Shown: piece after piece, positions 26,022 to 36,445 of the stretch | Layout: each line of letters starts with the position of its first letter | Position numbering within the stretch: position 1 is the first letter of the stretch | NCBI GenBank assembly: GCA_045594085.1 | Contig: JAZNXW010000009.1 | Span: 201,775 to 265,774 of the forward strand | DNA from: Eubacteriales bacterium | GTDB taxonomy: Bacteria > Bacillota > Clostridia > Oscillospirales > CAG-272 | DNA length: 64,000 bases | Direction: 5' to 3' | The notes under the pieces: generated by a model | The model's input: only the letters and a program-made list of their open reading frames with translations | Told to the model about the DNA's origin: nothing | The model's database searches: none | Translations under genes and position numbers: made by a program

Positions 26022-27173
26022 TCAGTTTTCGATCTTGATCTGTGCCGATTCCTTATTTGCGGCACCGAACTTATCGATAATGTTATGGATCTTATTAACG
26101 GGATCGAGCAGCTCGCTCATCGTATTGTCGAGATTGAGCGTATCGATGATGGTCGCTACGTACTTGCACATATTGACCTCTGTGTACCAGGGACGAGACT
26201 TGAGCTCCTCTGTACGGTAGATGAGGTTGGTGGTGAAGATCTGCGAGAATGCGCCTTCATCATAAGCCTTATCAAATGCGTCAAGTCCGTTGCAGAACAG
26301 ACCGAACGAACAGAACACGTACACGTTTGCGGCACCCTTTTCCTTGAGCTGACGGCATACGTCGATCATGGATTCGCCTGAGGAGATCATATCCTCAACA
26401 ACGATAACATTCATTCCCTTAAGATCGCGTCCGAGATATTCGTGTGCTTCGATGGGGTTTCTTCCGTCAACGATTCTCGTATAGTCGCGACGCTTATAGA
26501 ACATACCGAGTTCAATTCCGAGGACAGAGCTGTAATAAATACATCTGGACATCGCGCCTTCGTCGGGAGAGACGATCATAATGCTGTCCTTATCAAGCTT
26601 GATATCCGGGAATTTTTTGAGAAGAGCCTTGATCATCTGATAGTTGGGATGAACGTTCTCAAATCCCGAAAGCGGAATAGAGTTCTGTACTCTGGGATCG
26701 TGCGCGTCAAAAGTGATGATATTGGAAACGCCCATTGCGGTGAGCTCCTGAAGCGCGAGAGCGCAGTCAAGCGATTCACGTGCGGAACGCTTATGCTGTC
26801 TGCCTTCGTAAAGCATCGGCATAATGACGTTGATTCTGTGCGCCTTACCTCCGATAGCACCAATGATTCTCTTGAGGTCCTGGAAATGGTCATCGGGGCT
26901 CATATGGTTATATTCGCCGTACATTTTGTATTTCACGCCGTGATTGAACACATCGACAATAATATAAACGTCATGGCCGCGGAGAGATTCAAAGAGAAGT
27001 CCTTTACCTTCGCCCGAGCCGAAGCGGGGGCAGTCTGTCTTTACAAGATAGCTCTGAGGCTCACGTCCGTGAGGCGTGCGCCAAGCACCGATATAATCGT
27101 CAACGGATTTCGCGAATTCCTCGCAGCCTTTCATCGCTATAACGCTGAGGTCGCCGTTAATACAAGTTCCCAT
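26022..27173 (-). CDS. prs: Ribose-phosphate pyrophosphokinase family protein (long form, 383 aa from the chosen start)
   Basis: ..HRINVIMPMLYEGRQHKR.., ..ITFDAHDPRVQN.. and ..VIVVEDMISSGESM.. are PRPP synthetase / PRTase motifs. Start moved to ATG 27173 (MGTCINGD), which has GGAGG upstream. Confidence 0.8.
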   Translation of the reverse strand: MGTCINGDLSVIAMKGCEEFAKSVDDYIGAWRTPHGREPQSYLVKTDCPRFGSGEGKGLLFESLRGHDVYIIVDVFNHGVKYKMYGEYNHMSPDDHFQDLKRIIGAIGGKAHRINVIMPMLYEGRQHKRSARESLDCALALQELTAMGVSNIITFDAHDPRVQNSIPLSGFENVHPNYQMIKALLKKFPDIKLDKDSIMIVSPDEGAMSRCIYYSSVLGIELGMFYKRRDYTRIVDGRNPIEAHEYLGRDLKGMNVIVVEDMISSGESMIDVCRQLKEKGAANVYVFCSFGLFCNGLDAFDKAYDEGAFSQIFTTNLIYRTEELKSRPWYTEVNMCKYVATIIDTLNLDNTMSELLDPVNKIHNIIDKFGAANKESAQIKIEN

Positions 27174-27389
27174 TTTTTCAGTTTCCTCCAAAAATATAAT
27201 ACCGTATTTCTGAGATTCGACAATATATAAGCTATTATAACATAAAAACTTCAAATATAAAATACTTTGTTAAATTTTATTCGATTTTTTCTTTTTATAC
27301 AGAATAATGATTGCACAGACGGTTTTTTTTTGGTATACTTAACTATACAGTCGGAGACTTTACGCAGCAAAACTCATCAACTTCGCGTT

Positions 27390-28067
27390 TTAATCCGCTC
27401 GTTCGACGCCGATTACGGTGAGAAGTCCCTCGTCAACCTTGAATTTTATTTCAAATCCCGAAAATTCAAATCCGTAAGCTCTGTTAGGATCATTCTGATA
27501 CGAGGGGCGCGGATCCTCCGCAAGAACTGCGATGAGCGCTTCCCTTTTGTCCTCCGGGATAAGGCGTATCAGTTCATCGTCGAATTTCACGTCGAGCGAA
27601 TACCCGAGCTTCTCATCGGCAAAACCGCCAATGGCATCGGGATGACTGTCCGATGACGGCAAGTACGGCTTTATATCGTAAATGGGCGTGCCGCTGACAA
27701 GATCAGCTCCGCTCACCCACAAAACGGGGCCGTCGGGTGAATCTGCATCTATTTTTTCAAGCTTGACAGAGGAAAGTCCGATGGGATTCGGTCTGTACGG
27801 TGAGCGCGTGGCGAACACTCCCACACGCTTATTTCCACCGAGACGCGGAGGACGTACCGTCGGATGCCATCCGTCACCGACATCCGCTAAAGAAAACTCC
27901 CAAATGAGCCATATATGAGAATATCCTTCAAGGCCGCGAAGCGCCTCAAGGCGTCTGTATTCAGGCTCAAAGACTATCCGTCCGATAAGTCCCGGCACAC
28001 GTCCGCTCTGACGCGGCACGCCGAATTTCTCGGGAAAATCTGTTTGTATCGTTGCGATCTTTTTCAC
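27390..28067 (-). CDS. trmO: tRNA (N6-threonylcarbamoyladenosine(37)-N6)-methyltransferase TrmO (TsaA family)
   Basis: FPEKFGVPRQSG..LEGYSHIWLIWEFS..RVGVFATRSPYRPNPIGLS are the family hallmarks. GTG start. Confidence 0.85.
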   Translation of the reverse strand: MKKIATIQTDFPEKFGVPRQSGRVPGLIGRIVFEPEYRRLEALRGLEGYSHIWLIWEFSLADVGDGWHPTVRPPRLGGNKRVGVFATRSPYRPNPIGLSSVKLEKIDADSPDGPVLWVSGADLVSGTPIYDIKPYLPSSDSHPDAIGGFADEKLGYSLDVKFDDELIRLIPEDKREALIAVLAEDPRPSYQNDPNRAYGFEFSGFEIKFKVDEGLLTVIGVERAD

Positions 28068-28188
28068 ATCTGTTTCCTTCTTTCTGCCGAAAAGCAGTGT
28101 CCGTTCGCTTTATTATACACTCTTTTCGCCCCGAAAATCAATCACTATTGCAGTAAGGATAAAAAACATTACGCATTTTGAGGTCTGT

Positions 28189-30345
28189 ATGAAAAAATTA
28201 TCCAAGGTTTTGTTTATATCTCTTATACTTGTCGCAGCCATTGCCGTTACGGCAATATGCGTTGCCGCCGCAACGACTCCGCCGCCCTTCTCCGTGCTCA
28301 TAACGGACCAAAGCGGATACGAATATGAGATCCTCCCCGAGCGCGTCGACGGCAAGTATACGTTTTATCTTCCCGGCTCTGCGGATCTTTCGGATTTGAC
28401 CGTAAAATACACGGGCAAAAAAATGCTCTGTGACGAAAACGGTGACGTAACTCTCTACCGCGGTGACACTCTCACTTGCAAGGCATCCGGAGGCAAAATC
28501 GAGGTCAAGGAATACGACAGCTCGACGAAAAGCTATGAAAAGCATTCGGCAAACGTGCTTTGCGGAGGCGAGATCGGATCCGTCTACATCACTCTTGACG
28601 GCGGCACAAAGGCTCTCAAAAACATTAACGCGAACAAGAACAACGAGGAGCCCGGCGACATAATCGTGCTTGACAAGGTTGGAAATCTCGTCTACGACGG
28701 CTCTATGACAAAGCTTTCGGGACACGGCTTCACCTCGTTCACAGCGGCAAGCTCCACCAACATCAAAAACTCTTACAATCTTAACATCGCACAGAAGACA
28801 GAGCTTGTCAACGGTGCGGGCGACAGCAAAAAATGGGTGCTTCTCACTCCCCGTATGTATGCGGGCGACCGCGACACGACAGGTCTTTCTCAGATATCCG
28901 CATTCCACACGTTCACCGCGCTCATCGGAAACAAGCGCGCCTCGATCGAGGGTGAATACGTCGATCTTTACATCAACGGTGAGTACCGCGGTCTTTACAT
29001 TCTGACCGAAAGAATGAACAACGGCGGCGCGATCGACGTTGTCGATCTTGAGGATCACGTCACAAACGCATCGAGCGAGCTCAAAACGCTCCGCGATCAC
29101 GAAAACACGGGCAGAGATCCCGCACTCAACACAGGTCTGCACAAATACACGTACGACAAAAAGGCAAAGATAGATTCCGACGTTGACATAACGGGCGGAT
29201 ACGTACTCGAGGTTATGTGCGACACATACGAGGGCTGCGGATTCGAAACGAAATACGGTCTTGACATCTCGATCAAGAGCCCCGAGGTCTGCACTAAGGA
29301 AATGGTACAGTACATCGCCGCATACGTTCAGAATTTTGAAAACGCCATCTACTCCGAAACGGGATACAACAGCGAGGGCAAGCACTATACCGAATATGCC
29401 GATATGCGAAGCCTTGCCGATATGATCCTCGTTTATTCGTATTACATCAATTTCGAGTATTTCCGCACGAGCACGTACATTTATAAAGACGCAGACGGCG
29501 AGTCCAACGATTTGCTCACCTTCGGTCCTGCGTGGGACTTCGAAACGGGTGCGACCTACCTCAAAAACGATAAGACTCTGTTCGGCACCACAAACTGGTT
29601 CGTTTACAACGTCGATCAGCAGTACATCTGGTCTGAGCAGCTCTGGCAGCACGGCGACTTTATGTCGTATCTGGCATCCGAAAACGATCGAATGAAGGAT
29701 GTTCTGTCGCAACAGCTCGGGTACACGGAGTCGTTTACGGTTCCCTCTCTTGAATCTGTCACAGCAGCGGCTTCAGCTTCCGCGGATATGAACCACAAGC
29801 GTTGGGGTGCCACCAACTTCAACGACATTTTCGGTGAATTTATCGACGCTGTCGATTCGAGATACGATCATTGGTACGGCACGCTGTGGAATCCCGACAA
29901 GTATCTCATTTGTCTTGATACTGAAGTAACGAAAAACGAAGACGGCACGGTAACGCTGAGGGCAGCAGTCACGGGTGAAAACGACGGAAAGATCCGTTGG
30001 TACAAGATAGATGAAAAAGATCCCGAAAAATCAGAAACAGTCGCGATCTTCTTTGATGAGATCACCGTCACCGAGGACGGCAGTCTTTATTACTACACCG
30101 TCACCGGCAAAAACAACGCGTACTACGAGCACGCATCGGGCAGCATCTTCTCTGACGAGAACATCACTATGATAAGCGGTCCCACCGCCGCAACATACGT
30201 CGAGCCCGAACCCGATCCAATCCCCGAAACGACCATCGACGATAACACCGATGAAAACGGCTGTTCCGGTTCCGTATCGCCTGCGGCACTGATTATCGCA
30301 GTGCTCGCACTTCCCATTTATATCAAAAGAAAAAAATCATATTAA
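28189..30345 (+). CDS. CotH-family (kinase-like) protein with a signal peptide and C-terminal membrane anchor
   Basis: N-terminal signal/TM. ..KKWVLLTPRMYAGD.., ..YINGEYRGLYILTERMN.. and ..FGPAWDFETG.. resemble CotH. C-terminal hydrophobic PAALIIAVLALPIYIKRKK. Confidence 0.65.
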   Translation: MKKLSKVLFISLILVAAIAVTAICVAAATTPPPFSVLITDQSGYEYEILPERVDGKYTFYLPGSADLSDLTVKYTGKKMLCDENGDVTLYRGDTLTCKASGGKIEVKEYDSSTKSYEKHSANVLCGGEIGSVYITLDGGTKALKNINANKNNEEPGDIIVLDKVGNLVYDGSMTKLSGHGFTSFTAASSTNIKNSYNLNIAQKTELVNGAGDSKKWVLLTPRMYAGDRDTTGLSQISAFHTFTALIGNKRASIEGEYVDLYINGEYRGLYILTERMNNGGAIDVVDLEDHVTNASSELKTLRDHENTGRDPALNTGLHKYTYDKKAKIDSDVDITGGYVLEVMCDTYEGCGFETKYGLDISIKSPEVCTKEMVQYIAAYVQNFENAIYSETGYNSEGKHYTEYADMRSLADMILVYSYYINFEYFRTSTYIYKDADGESNDLLTFGPAWDFETGATYLKNDKTLFGTTNWFVYNVDQQYIWSEQLWQHGDFMSYLASENDRMKDVLSQQLGYTESFTVPSLESVTAAASASADMNHKRWGATNFNDIFGEFIDAVDSRYDHWYGTLWNPDKYLICLDTEVTKNEDGTVTLRAAVTGENDGKIRWYKIDEKDPEKSETVAIFFDEITVTEDGSLYYYTVTGKNNAYYEHASGSIFSDENITMISGPTAATYVEPEPDPIPETTIDDNTDENGCSGSVSPAALIIAVLALPIYIKRKKSY

Positions 30346-30369
30346 TATTTCCAAACGGAGGCTACAACT

Positions 30370-31491
30370 ATGGAATACCGTAAAATGAACGGAAAAGATA
30401 TTTCTCTTCTCGGCTTCGGCGCAATGAGATTCACACGCGACGCCGAAGGCAATTACGACAGACCGAAGGCATACGCCCTTCTCCGCCAGGCTTATGAGGC
30501 AGGCGTTAACTACTTTGACACCGCTTACGTATATCTCGATGGTGAAAGCGAAAAGATCGTCGGTGAAGCGCTCGCTCAGTATCCTCGCGAAAGCTATTGC
30601 GTTGCTACCAAGCTCCCGTCCTGGGGCACTGACACTCCCGAAAAGGCTCTCGCCATTTTCGAGGAATCTCTCGCTCGTCTCGGTATGGACTACATCGACT
30701 ATTATCTGCTTCACGCGATGAACCGCCGTAGCTTTGATGCATTCGTTGAGCATGGCATCGTTGATCTCTGCGTAGAGCTCAAAGCACAGGGACGTATCAA
30801 AAATCTCGGTTTCTCATTCCACGACAACTACGAAGCGTTCGAGCACATAATCAACAGCGGCTACGATTGGGATTTCTGTCAGATTCAGCACAACTATATG
30901 GACCAGTTCGATCAGGCAACCGTCAAAGGTATCAGACTTTGCGAGGAAAAGAACATTCCGCTCGTAATCATGGAACCGATCAAGGGCGGCACGCTTGCAA
31001 ATCTGCCGGAGGAAGCAATGGCTCCCCTCAAGGCGATCGATCCGGATGCATCCGCTTCGTCTTGGGCGCTCCGTTGGGTAGGCTCCGAACCGAGAGTAAA
31101 CGTTATCCTCAGCGGTATGAATGAAAAATGGCAGCTTGACGATAACCTTGCCACCTTCGGTGAGTTCAAGCCCCTCAACGAGACGGAATTCGATGCCGTT
31201 GAAAAGACAAGACAGATCATTCTTTCCCGTGTGAGAAACGGCTGCACCGGTTGCCGTTACTGTATGCCTTGCCCCGGCGGCGTTGACATACCGAGAATTT
31301 TCGGCATCTGGAACGAATACGGCAGATACGGCAATCCCGGTACCGCTCGCGGTTACGTTCGTATGAAGCCCGAAGCAAAGGCTGACAACTGCCTTGAATG
31401 CGGAGCTTGTATGGAAAAATGCCCGCAAGGCTTCGATATAATAGAAAACCTCAAGGCGGCAAAGGCAGAGCTCGAAGCTGTTGCAAACTGA
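30370..31491 (+). CDS. Aldo/keto reductase fused to a C-terminal 4Fe-4S cluster-binding segment
   Basis: AKR N-terminus (LGFGAMRF..GVNYFDTAYVY..ES..) plus GCTGCRYCMPCP and CLECGACMEKCP cysteine motifs. Confidence 0.8.
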   Translation: MEYRKMNGKDISLLGFGAMRFTRDAEGNYDRPKAYALLRQAYEAGVNYFDTAYVYLDGESEKIVGEALAQYPRESYCVATKLPSWGTDTPEKALAIFEESLARLGMDYIDYYLLHAMNRRSFDAFVEHGIVDLCVELKAQGRIKNLGFSFHDNYEAFEHIINSGYDWDFCQIQHNYMDQFDQATVKGIRLCEEKNIPLVIMEPIKGGTLANLPEEAMAPLKAIDPDASASSWALRWVGSEPRVNVILSGMNEKWQLDDNLATFGEFKPLNETEFDAVEKTRQIILSRVRNGCTGCRYCMPCPGGVDIPRIFGIWNEYGRYGNPGTARGYVRMKPEAKADNCLECGACMEKCPQGFDIIENLKAAKAELEAVAN

Positions 31492-31500
31492 TACATACTA

Positions 31501-31532
31501 AAAAAGATCGCGAAATAATCGCGATCTTTTTT
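31501..31532 (+). terminator. Rho-independent terminator
   Basis: GATCGCGA (31506-31513) pairs with TCGCGATC (31519-31526), 5-nt loop, A5 before and T6 after. Confidence 0.85.
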
Positions 31533-31552
31533 AAGAATTATTCTTAATTCAA

Positions 31553-31581
31553 TTGACAAACTAAACTGTTGATTATATAAT
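31553..31581 (+). promoter_or_regulatory. Consensus sigma-A promoter (TTGACA-17 nt-TATAAT) of the glycyl-radical enzyme operon
   Basis: -35 at 31553-31558, -10 at 31576-31581, 17-nt spacer by my count. Confidence 0.75.
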
Positions 31582-31622
31582 TAAAGTAGGTCAATAGGAT
31601 CAATAACTTTTCCGGGATCAAT

Positions 31623-32561
31623 ATGAAAGCAACAATATTCAACATACAGCGTTTTTCCGTCCACGACGGTGACGGAATACGAACAACCGTATTTTTCACG
31701 GGATGTCCCCTTTCCTGCAGATGGTGTCACAATCCCGAAGGAGAAAGCTTTTCGCCTTCGCTTATGTACAATGCGGAAAAATGCGTCGGTTGCGGCGCTT
31801 GTGCGCTTGCCTGCCCTCACGGAGCGATCACGATCGATCAGGCGTCAAAGCGCGCTGTAGTCGATCACTCAAAATGCGAATCTTGCGGCAAATGTGTCGC
31901 TTACTGTCTTTCCGATGCGAGAAGCATCGCGGGCAAACAGTACACCGTTGATGAGATCGTGAAGATCTGTCGCTCTGACCGTATGTTTTACGAGGAATCC
32001 GGCGGCGGAGTCACACTTTCGGGCGGCGAGGTTATGGCACAAAACATCGAATTCGTTTACGCGCTCATGAAAGCGCTCGACCGCGAGGGAATCTCCGTAA
32101 ACATTGACACATCAGGGCTTGCTCCGTTTGAAAAATTCGAACGCATCCTGCCTCTCACGGACACGTTTTTATACGATATCAAATCCGTCGATGATGAAAA
32201 GCACAAATACTGCACGGGAGTATCAAACAAGCTCATACTTGAAAATCTGAAGCGTCTGTCGGACAAAGGTGCGGCGATATATCTGCGAGTTCCCGTCATT
32301 GCTCCGGGTCCCGATGCAGAGGACGGCTTCGACGGCGCCAATTACACGGATGAGGACATACGTCTGCTCGCAGACGTAGCAAAGACGGTGCGTTACAAAA
32401 AGATGTGCCTTCTTCCCTATCATGACACGGGCACGTACAAGCACGCGTCGCTCGGACGTACAGTGAAGCGCGAATTTTCAACTCCCACAAAAGAAAAAAT
32501 GAGCGAGCTTCGCGCCAAGCTGCTCTCTCTCGGAGTATCTCCCGTCGGGATCGGGGGCTGA
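31623..32561 (+). CDS. Glycyl-radical enzyme activating protein (radical SAM, with a ferredoxin-like insert)
   Basis: FSVHDGDGIRTTVFFTGCPLSCRWCHNPE (CX3CX2C) plus CVGCGACALACP and CESCGKCVAYC clusters. Confidence 0.9.
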   Translation: MKATIFNIQRFSVHDGDGIRTTVFFTGCPLSCRWCHNPEGESFSPSLMYNAEKCVGCGACALACPHGAITIDQASKRAVVDHSKCESCGKCVAYCLSDARSIAGKQYTVDEIVKICRSDRMFYEESGGGVTLSGGEVMAQNIEFVYALMKALDREGISVNIDTSGLAPFEKFERILPLTDTFLYDIKSVDDEKHKYCTGVSNKLILENLKRLSDKGAAIYLRVPVIAPGPDAEDGFDGANYTDEDIRLLADVAKTVRYKKMCLLPYHDTGTYKHASLGRTVKREFSTPTKEKMSELRAKLLSLGVSPVGIGG

Positions 32562-32601
32562 CCGAAACACAATTCCATTTTTACATAAAAGGAGTATCAC
32601 T

Positions 32602-34962
32602 ATGACTGACAGAGTAAAAAAACTTCGCGAAATAAGCGTTACGACAACTCCGACAATTTCAATGGAGCGTGCACATTATTTCACGGAAGCATACAAAAAA
32701 TGGGAAGGCACCGTATCCGTACCCGAAATGCGTGCGCTTGCGTTCCTTCATTTTATGCAGAACAGATCACTTTACATTGAACGCGGCGAGCTGATCGTTG
32801 GTGAAAAGGGTGAACTGCCGCAGTCCGCTCCCACGTTCCCCGAGCTTTGCTGTCACACCGTCAGCGACCTTGAGATCATGAACGACCGCGACATCATTTT
32901 CTTCAAGAACACGGAGCAGCAGCGCAAATGGCACGCGCAGGAGATCATTCCGTATTGGGAAAAGAGATCTATGCGCAGTCGCATCCTCAAAGCGCTCCCT
33001 TCCGAGTGGCACGACGCATACGCGGCAGGTATTTTCACCGAATTTATGGAACAGCGCGGTCCCGGTCACACAGTCTGCTCCGAAAAGATCTACGTCAAAG
33101 GCTTCGCTGACTACAAGCGCGACATCGCCGATGCGATTGCAAAGCTCGATTACATCAACGATCCCGAGGCATACAGACGCCGCGAGCAGCTTAACGCAAT
33201 GTCCATCGCCTGCGACGCAATCATAACGCTCGGTAAGCGTTATTCCGAGCTTGCGCTCTCTCTTGCAGAGGTTGAAACGGACGAGGATTGGAAGGCGGAT
33301 CTGCTCACGATCGCAGAAAACTGCTCCGTCGTTCCCGAGTTTGCGCCGAAAAACTTCCATCAGGCGCTTCAGATGTATTGGTTCGTGCATCTCGGAGTCA
33401 CAAGCGAGCTCAATCCGTGGGACGCATACTCTCCCGGACGTCTCGACCAGCACGTTTATCCGTTCTATTCCCGTGACGTTGAAAACGGAAGCCTCGACGA
33501 TGACAAGGCACTCGAGCTTCTCGAATGTCTCTGGATCAAGTTCAATAATCAGCCCGCACCTCCCAAGGTCGGAATCACACTCAAGGAAAGCAGCACTTAC
33601 ACCGACTTTGCCAACATCAACACGGGCGGCATCACGCCCAAGGGCGAGGACGGCGTAAATCCCGTTTCGTATCTTATCCTCGACTGCATGGACGAGATGA
33701 AGCTCCTTCAACCGTCGTCCAACGTTCAGATCAGCCGCAAAACTCCGAACAAGTTCCTGCTCCGCGCTGTCGAGATCGCATCCAAGGGCTGGGGACAGCC
33801 CGCGTTCTACAACACCGAGGCGATCATTCAGGAGCTTATGGAAGCGGGAAAATCGCTTGAGGATGCACGTCGCGGCGGTACGAGCGGATGCGTTGAGACC
33901 GGAGCCTTCGGCAACGAAGCATACATCCTCACAGGTTACTTCAATATTCCCAAGATCCTCGAGCTCACGCTCTACAACGGCTACGACCACTACACGGGCA
34001 AGACAATAGGTCTGCAGCTTGGCGACGCAGACAGCTTCAAAACTTACGAGGAGCTTTACGATGCATTCTGCCGTCAGATGACGTATTTCATCGACATCAA
34101 GACGAACGGCTCAGCCATCATTGAACGCATCTACGCCGATTATATGCCCGTTCCCTTCCTCTCCATCATCACCAACGACTGTATCGCACGCGGACGTGAC
34201 TATAACGCAGGCGGCGCACGCTACAACACATCGTATCTTCAGGGTGTCGGCATCGGTACGATCACCGACTCGCTCTCCGCAATCAAGCGTCACGTTTACG
34301 AAAACGGCGAATTCACGCTCTCCGAGCTTGTGAACGCAATGAGCGCAGACTTCGCAGGCTACGAGGAAATGTATCACAAGATCCGCACCTCGACTCCCTT
34401 CTACGGCAACGACGATGACGATGCCGACTCCATTATGAAGGAAGTGTTTGATTTCTATCGCCGCACCGTCACCGGAAGACCTAACGTAAGAGGCGGTCAC
34501 TACAGAGTCAATATGCTCCCCACGACCTGCCACGTCTATTTCGGTGAGGTAATGCTCGCATCTCCGAACGGACGCCGTGCCGCAAAGCCCGTTTCCGAGG
34601 GAATATCGCCCGACAAGGGTGCCGACACCAACGGACCGACGGCAGTCATCCGTTCCTGCGCGAAGATGGACCATCTGCGCACGGGCGGAACTCTCCTCAA
34701 TCAGAAGTTCACTCCTGCCGTACTCGCGGGCGCCGAGGGCAAGCAGAATCTTGCGGCTCTCATCCGTTCTTACTTTGCGATGGACGGACATCACATCCAG
34801 TTCAACGTCATTGACAAGGAGACGCTCATCGCGGCACAGAAGAATCCCGAGGAATACCGCGATCTCATCGTTCGCGTTGCCGGATATTCGGATCACTTCC
34901 GCAATCTCTCCAAGGCACTTCAGGACGAGATCATCGAACGCACGGAGCAGTCATTTTCCTGA
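32602..34962 (+). CDS. Glycyl radical enzyme, PFL2 / glycerol-dehydratase-like family (dehydratase/lyase type), substrate unassigned
   Basis: 786 aa. Cys-loop GGTSGCVETG (Cys codon 33889-33891, with Glu two residues later). Glycine radical motif VRVAGYSDHF (Gly codon 34882-34884). Confidence 0.9.
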   Translation: MTDRVKKLREISVTTTPTISMERAHYFTEAYKKWEGTVSVPEMRALAFLHFMQNRSLYIERGELIVGEKGELPQSAPTFPELCCHTVSDLEIMNDRDIIFFKNTEQQRKWHAQEIIPYWEKRSMRSRILKALPSEWHDAYAAGIFTEFMEQRGPGHTVCSEKIYVKGFADYKRDIADAIAKLDYINDPEAYRRREQLNAMSIACDAIITLGKRYSELALSLAEVETDEDWKADLLTIAENCSVVPEFAPKNFHQALQMYWFVHLGVTSELNPWDAYSPGRLDQHVYPFYSRDVENGSLDDDKALELLECLWIKFNNQPAPPKVGITLKESSTYTDFANINTGGITPKGEDGVNPVSYLILDCMDEMKLLQPSSNVQISRKTPNKFLLRAVEIASKGWGQPAFYNTEAIIQELMEAGKSLEDARRGGTSGCVETGAFGNEAYILTGYFNIPKILELTLYNGYDHYTGKTIGLQLGDADSFKTYEELYDAFCRQMTYFIDIKTNGSAIIERIYADYMPVPFLSIITNDCIARGRDYNAGGARYNTSYLQGVGIGTITDSLSAIKRHVYENGEFTLSELVNAMSADFAGYEEMYHKIRTSTPFYGNDDDDADSIMKEVFDFYRRTVTGRPNVRGGHYRVNMLPTTCHVYFGEVMLASPNGRRAAKPVSEGISPDKGADTNGPTAVIRSCAKMDHLRTGGTLLNQKFTPAVLAGAEGKQNLAALIRSYFAMDGHHIQFNVIDKETLIAAQKNPEEYRDLIVRVAGYSDHFRNLSKALQDEIIERTEQSFS

Positions 34963-34994
34963 TGGAACAGCCTTACGGCTGAAAGGAGTGCATT

Positions 34995-35741
34995 ATGAAG
35001 CACGGCGAATATATCCGAATCGCAGAGGATAAAACATCAGCCGTCGTTTTTATTCACGGAATCAACGGTACGCCGCGCCATTTTGACAGAATAATCCCTC
35101 TTGTTCCCGAATCAATATCCGTTTACAATCTGCTTCTTGACGGTCACGGCGGCAATGCTCTCGATTTTGCCCGCACGTCAATGAAAAAGTGGAAACGGCA
35201 AGTCGCAGACAGATTGGCTGATATTTGCGGTCTGCACAAAAACGTAGCTGTAGTCGCGCATTCTATGGGAACTCTTTTTGCCACAGAAGCGCTGTTGCTC
35301 TATCCCGACAGGATTCGTTCCGCCGTATTTTTTGCTCCGCCGCTTAAAATACTGCCGAAACCGATAGTTGCTGTCAATTCTGCCCGCATTGCATTTGATT
35401 TGGTCAATCCCGACAACAAGGTGCTCACTGCGGGAAAAAACGCATACGGAATCGCCACCGACAGACGTTTTTGGCGTTATGTCGGATGGGCTCCGCGTTA
35501 TGTTGAGCTTCTCTCGCATTCAAAAAGGATACGAAAGCTAACGGGGAACGTTACCGTTCCGACAACCGTTCTGCTTTCAAAAAAGGATGAGCTCGTTTCC
35601 GTAAAAACAGCGGAATATTTCCGCGGAAACGAAAGCACGCGCATATTATTTCTTTCGAATTCCACGCACTTTTATTATTCGGACGTAGACTTTGACATAA
35701 TCAAAAACGAGATGTCCGCAGTAATCAACAAACTCATCTGA
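34995..35741 (+). CDS. Alpha/beta hydrolase (serine esterase/lipase-like)
   Basis: FIHGINGTPRHF and the nucleophile elbow VVAHSMGT (G/A-x-S-x-G). 248 aa; RBS AAAGGAG. Confidence 0.75.
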   Translation: MKHGEYIRIAEDKTSAVVFIHGINGTPRHFDRIIPLVPESISVYNLLLDGHGGNALDFARTSMKKWKRQVADRLADICGLHKNVAVVAHSMGTLFATEALLLYPDRIRSAVFFAPPLKILPKPIVAVNSARIAFDLVNPDNKVLTAGKNAYGIATDRRFWRYVGWAPRYVELLSHSKRIRKLTGNVTVPTTVLLSKKDELVSVKTAEYFRGNESTRILFLSNSTHFYYSDVDFDIIKNEMSAVINKLI

Positions 35742-35758
35742 TTTCAGGGGTGAAGAAT

Positions 35759-36445
35759 ATGTTCAAAACCGAAATGCACTGTCACAGCGGTAACGTCAGC
35801 TCCTGCGCGCATGCAACGGCTGAAGAAATTATAGAAAAATACGTCGCGGCAGGCTACACGACTCTCGTCTCAACGGAGCACATCAATCCGTGGACTTTTC
35901 CACGTGAGATCGAAGGCGGAAGCTGGCGCGGCAAGCTCGATTATTTTATGAACGGCTACCATAAGCTCCTCGAGGCTGCCGACGGCAGGATCAACGTGAT
36001 TCTCGGTGCGGAGATACGCTTTATGCGCGAAAACAACAGCGATTATCTCGTATACGGTCTGACCGAGGATTTTCTTCGCGATCTCGGGGACCCGAGATAT
36101 ATGAACATCCACACTCTTTCCCGAGAGCTTCACGATGCCGGCATGATGATCTTCCAGGCTCATCCGTTCCGTCCGTCGATGATGGTTACTGATCCGCGTC
36201 TGCTCGACGGGATCGAGATTGCAAATCTCTCGCCGTGGCACGAGTCATACAACGACATCGCAGAGACGTGGGCTAAGCGAAACGCCCTCATAGGAATATC
36301 CGGTACAGACTTCCACGATTCAAATCACACCCCGCTCGGCGGAATTCTTACAGCTAATGAAATCCGGGACAGTGCGACGCTCATTTCCGTGCTCAAGGAC
36401 GGAAGCTTCACACCTATAATCAATAACAAAAAAACGCAAGCATAG
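35759..36445 (+). CDS. PHP-domain (polymerase/histidinol-phosphatase-like) metal-dependent phosphoesterase
   Basis: EMHCHSGNVSSCA..LVSTEHIN..HPFR..GTDFHD are His/Asp metal-ligand motifs of the PHP fold. ATG 35759 preferred over GTG 35750. Confidence 0.75.
   Translation: MFKTEMHCHSGNVSSCAHATAEEIIEKYVAAGYTTLVSTEHINPWTFPREIEGGSWRGKLDYFMNGYHKLLEAADGRINVILGAEIRFMRENNSDYLVYGLTEDFLRDLGDPRYMNIHTLSRELHDAGMMIFQAHPFRPSMMVTDPRLLDGIEIANLSPWHESYNDIAETWAKRNALIGISGTDFHDSNHTPLGGILTANEIRDSATLISVLKDGSFTPIINNKKTQA

Noticed and set aside
28198-29712. 504-aa reverse-strand ORF opposite the CotH-like gene. Similar long antisense ORFs occur at 24336-25553, 32767-33990, 43447-45180, 49038-49799 and 54805-55959.
   Set aside because: All are shadows of well-supported genes with no RBS or motifs. 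Their frequency reflects the genome-wide codon pattern rather than overlapping genes.
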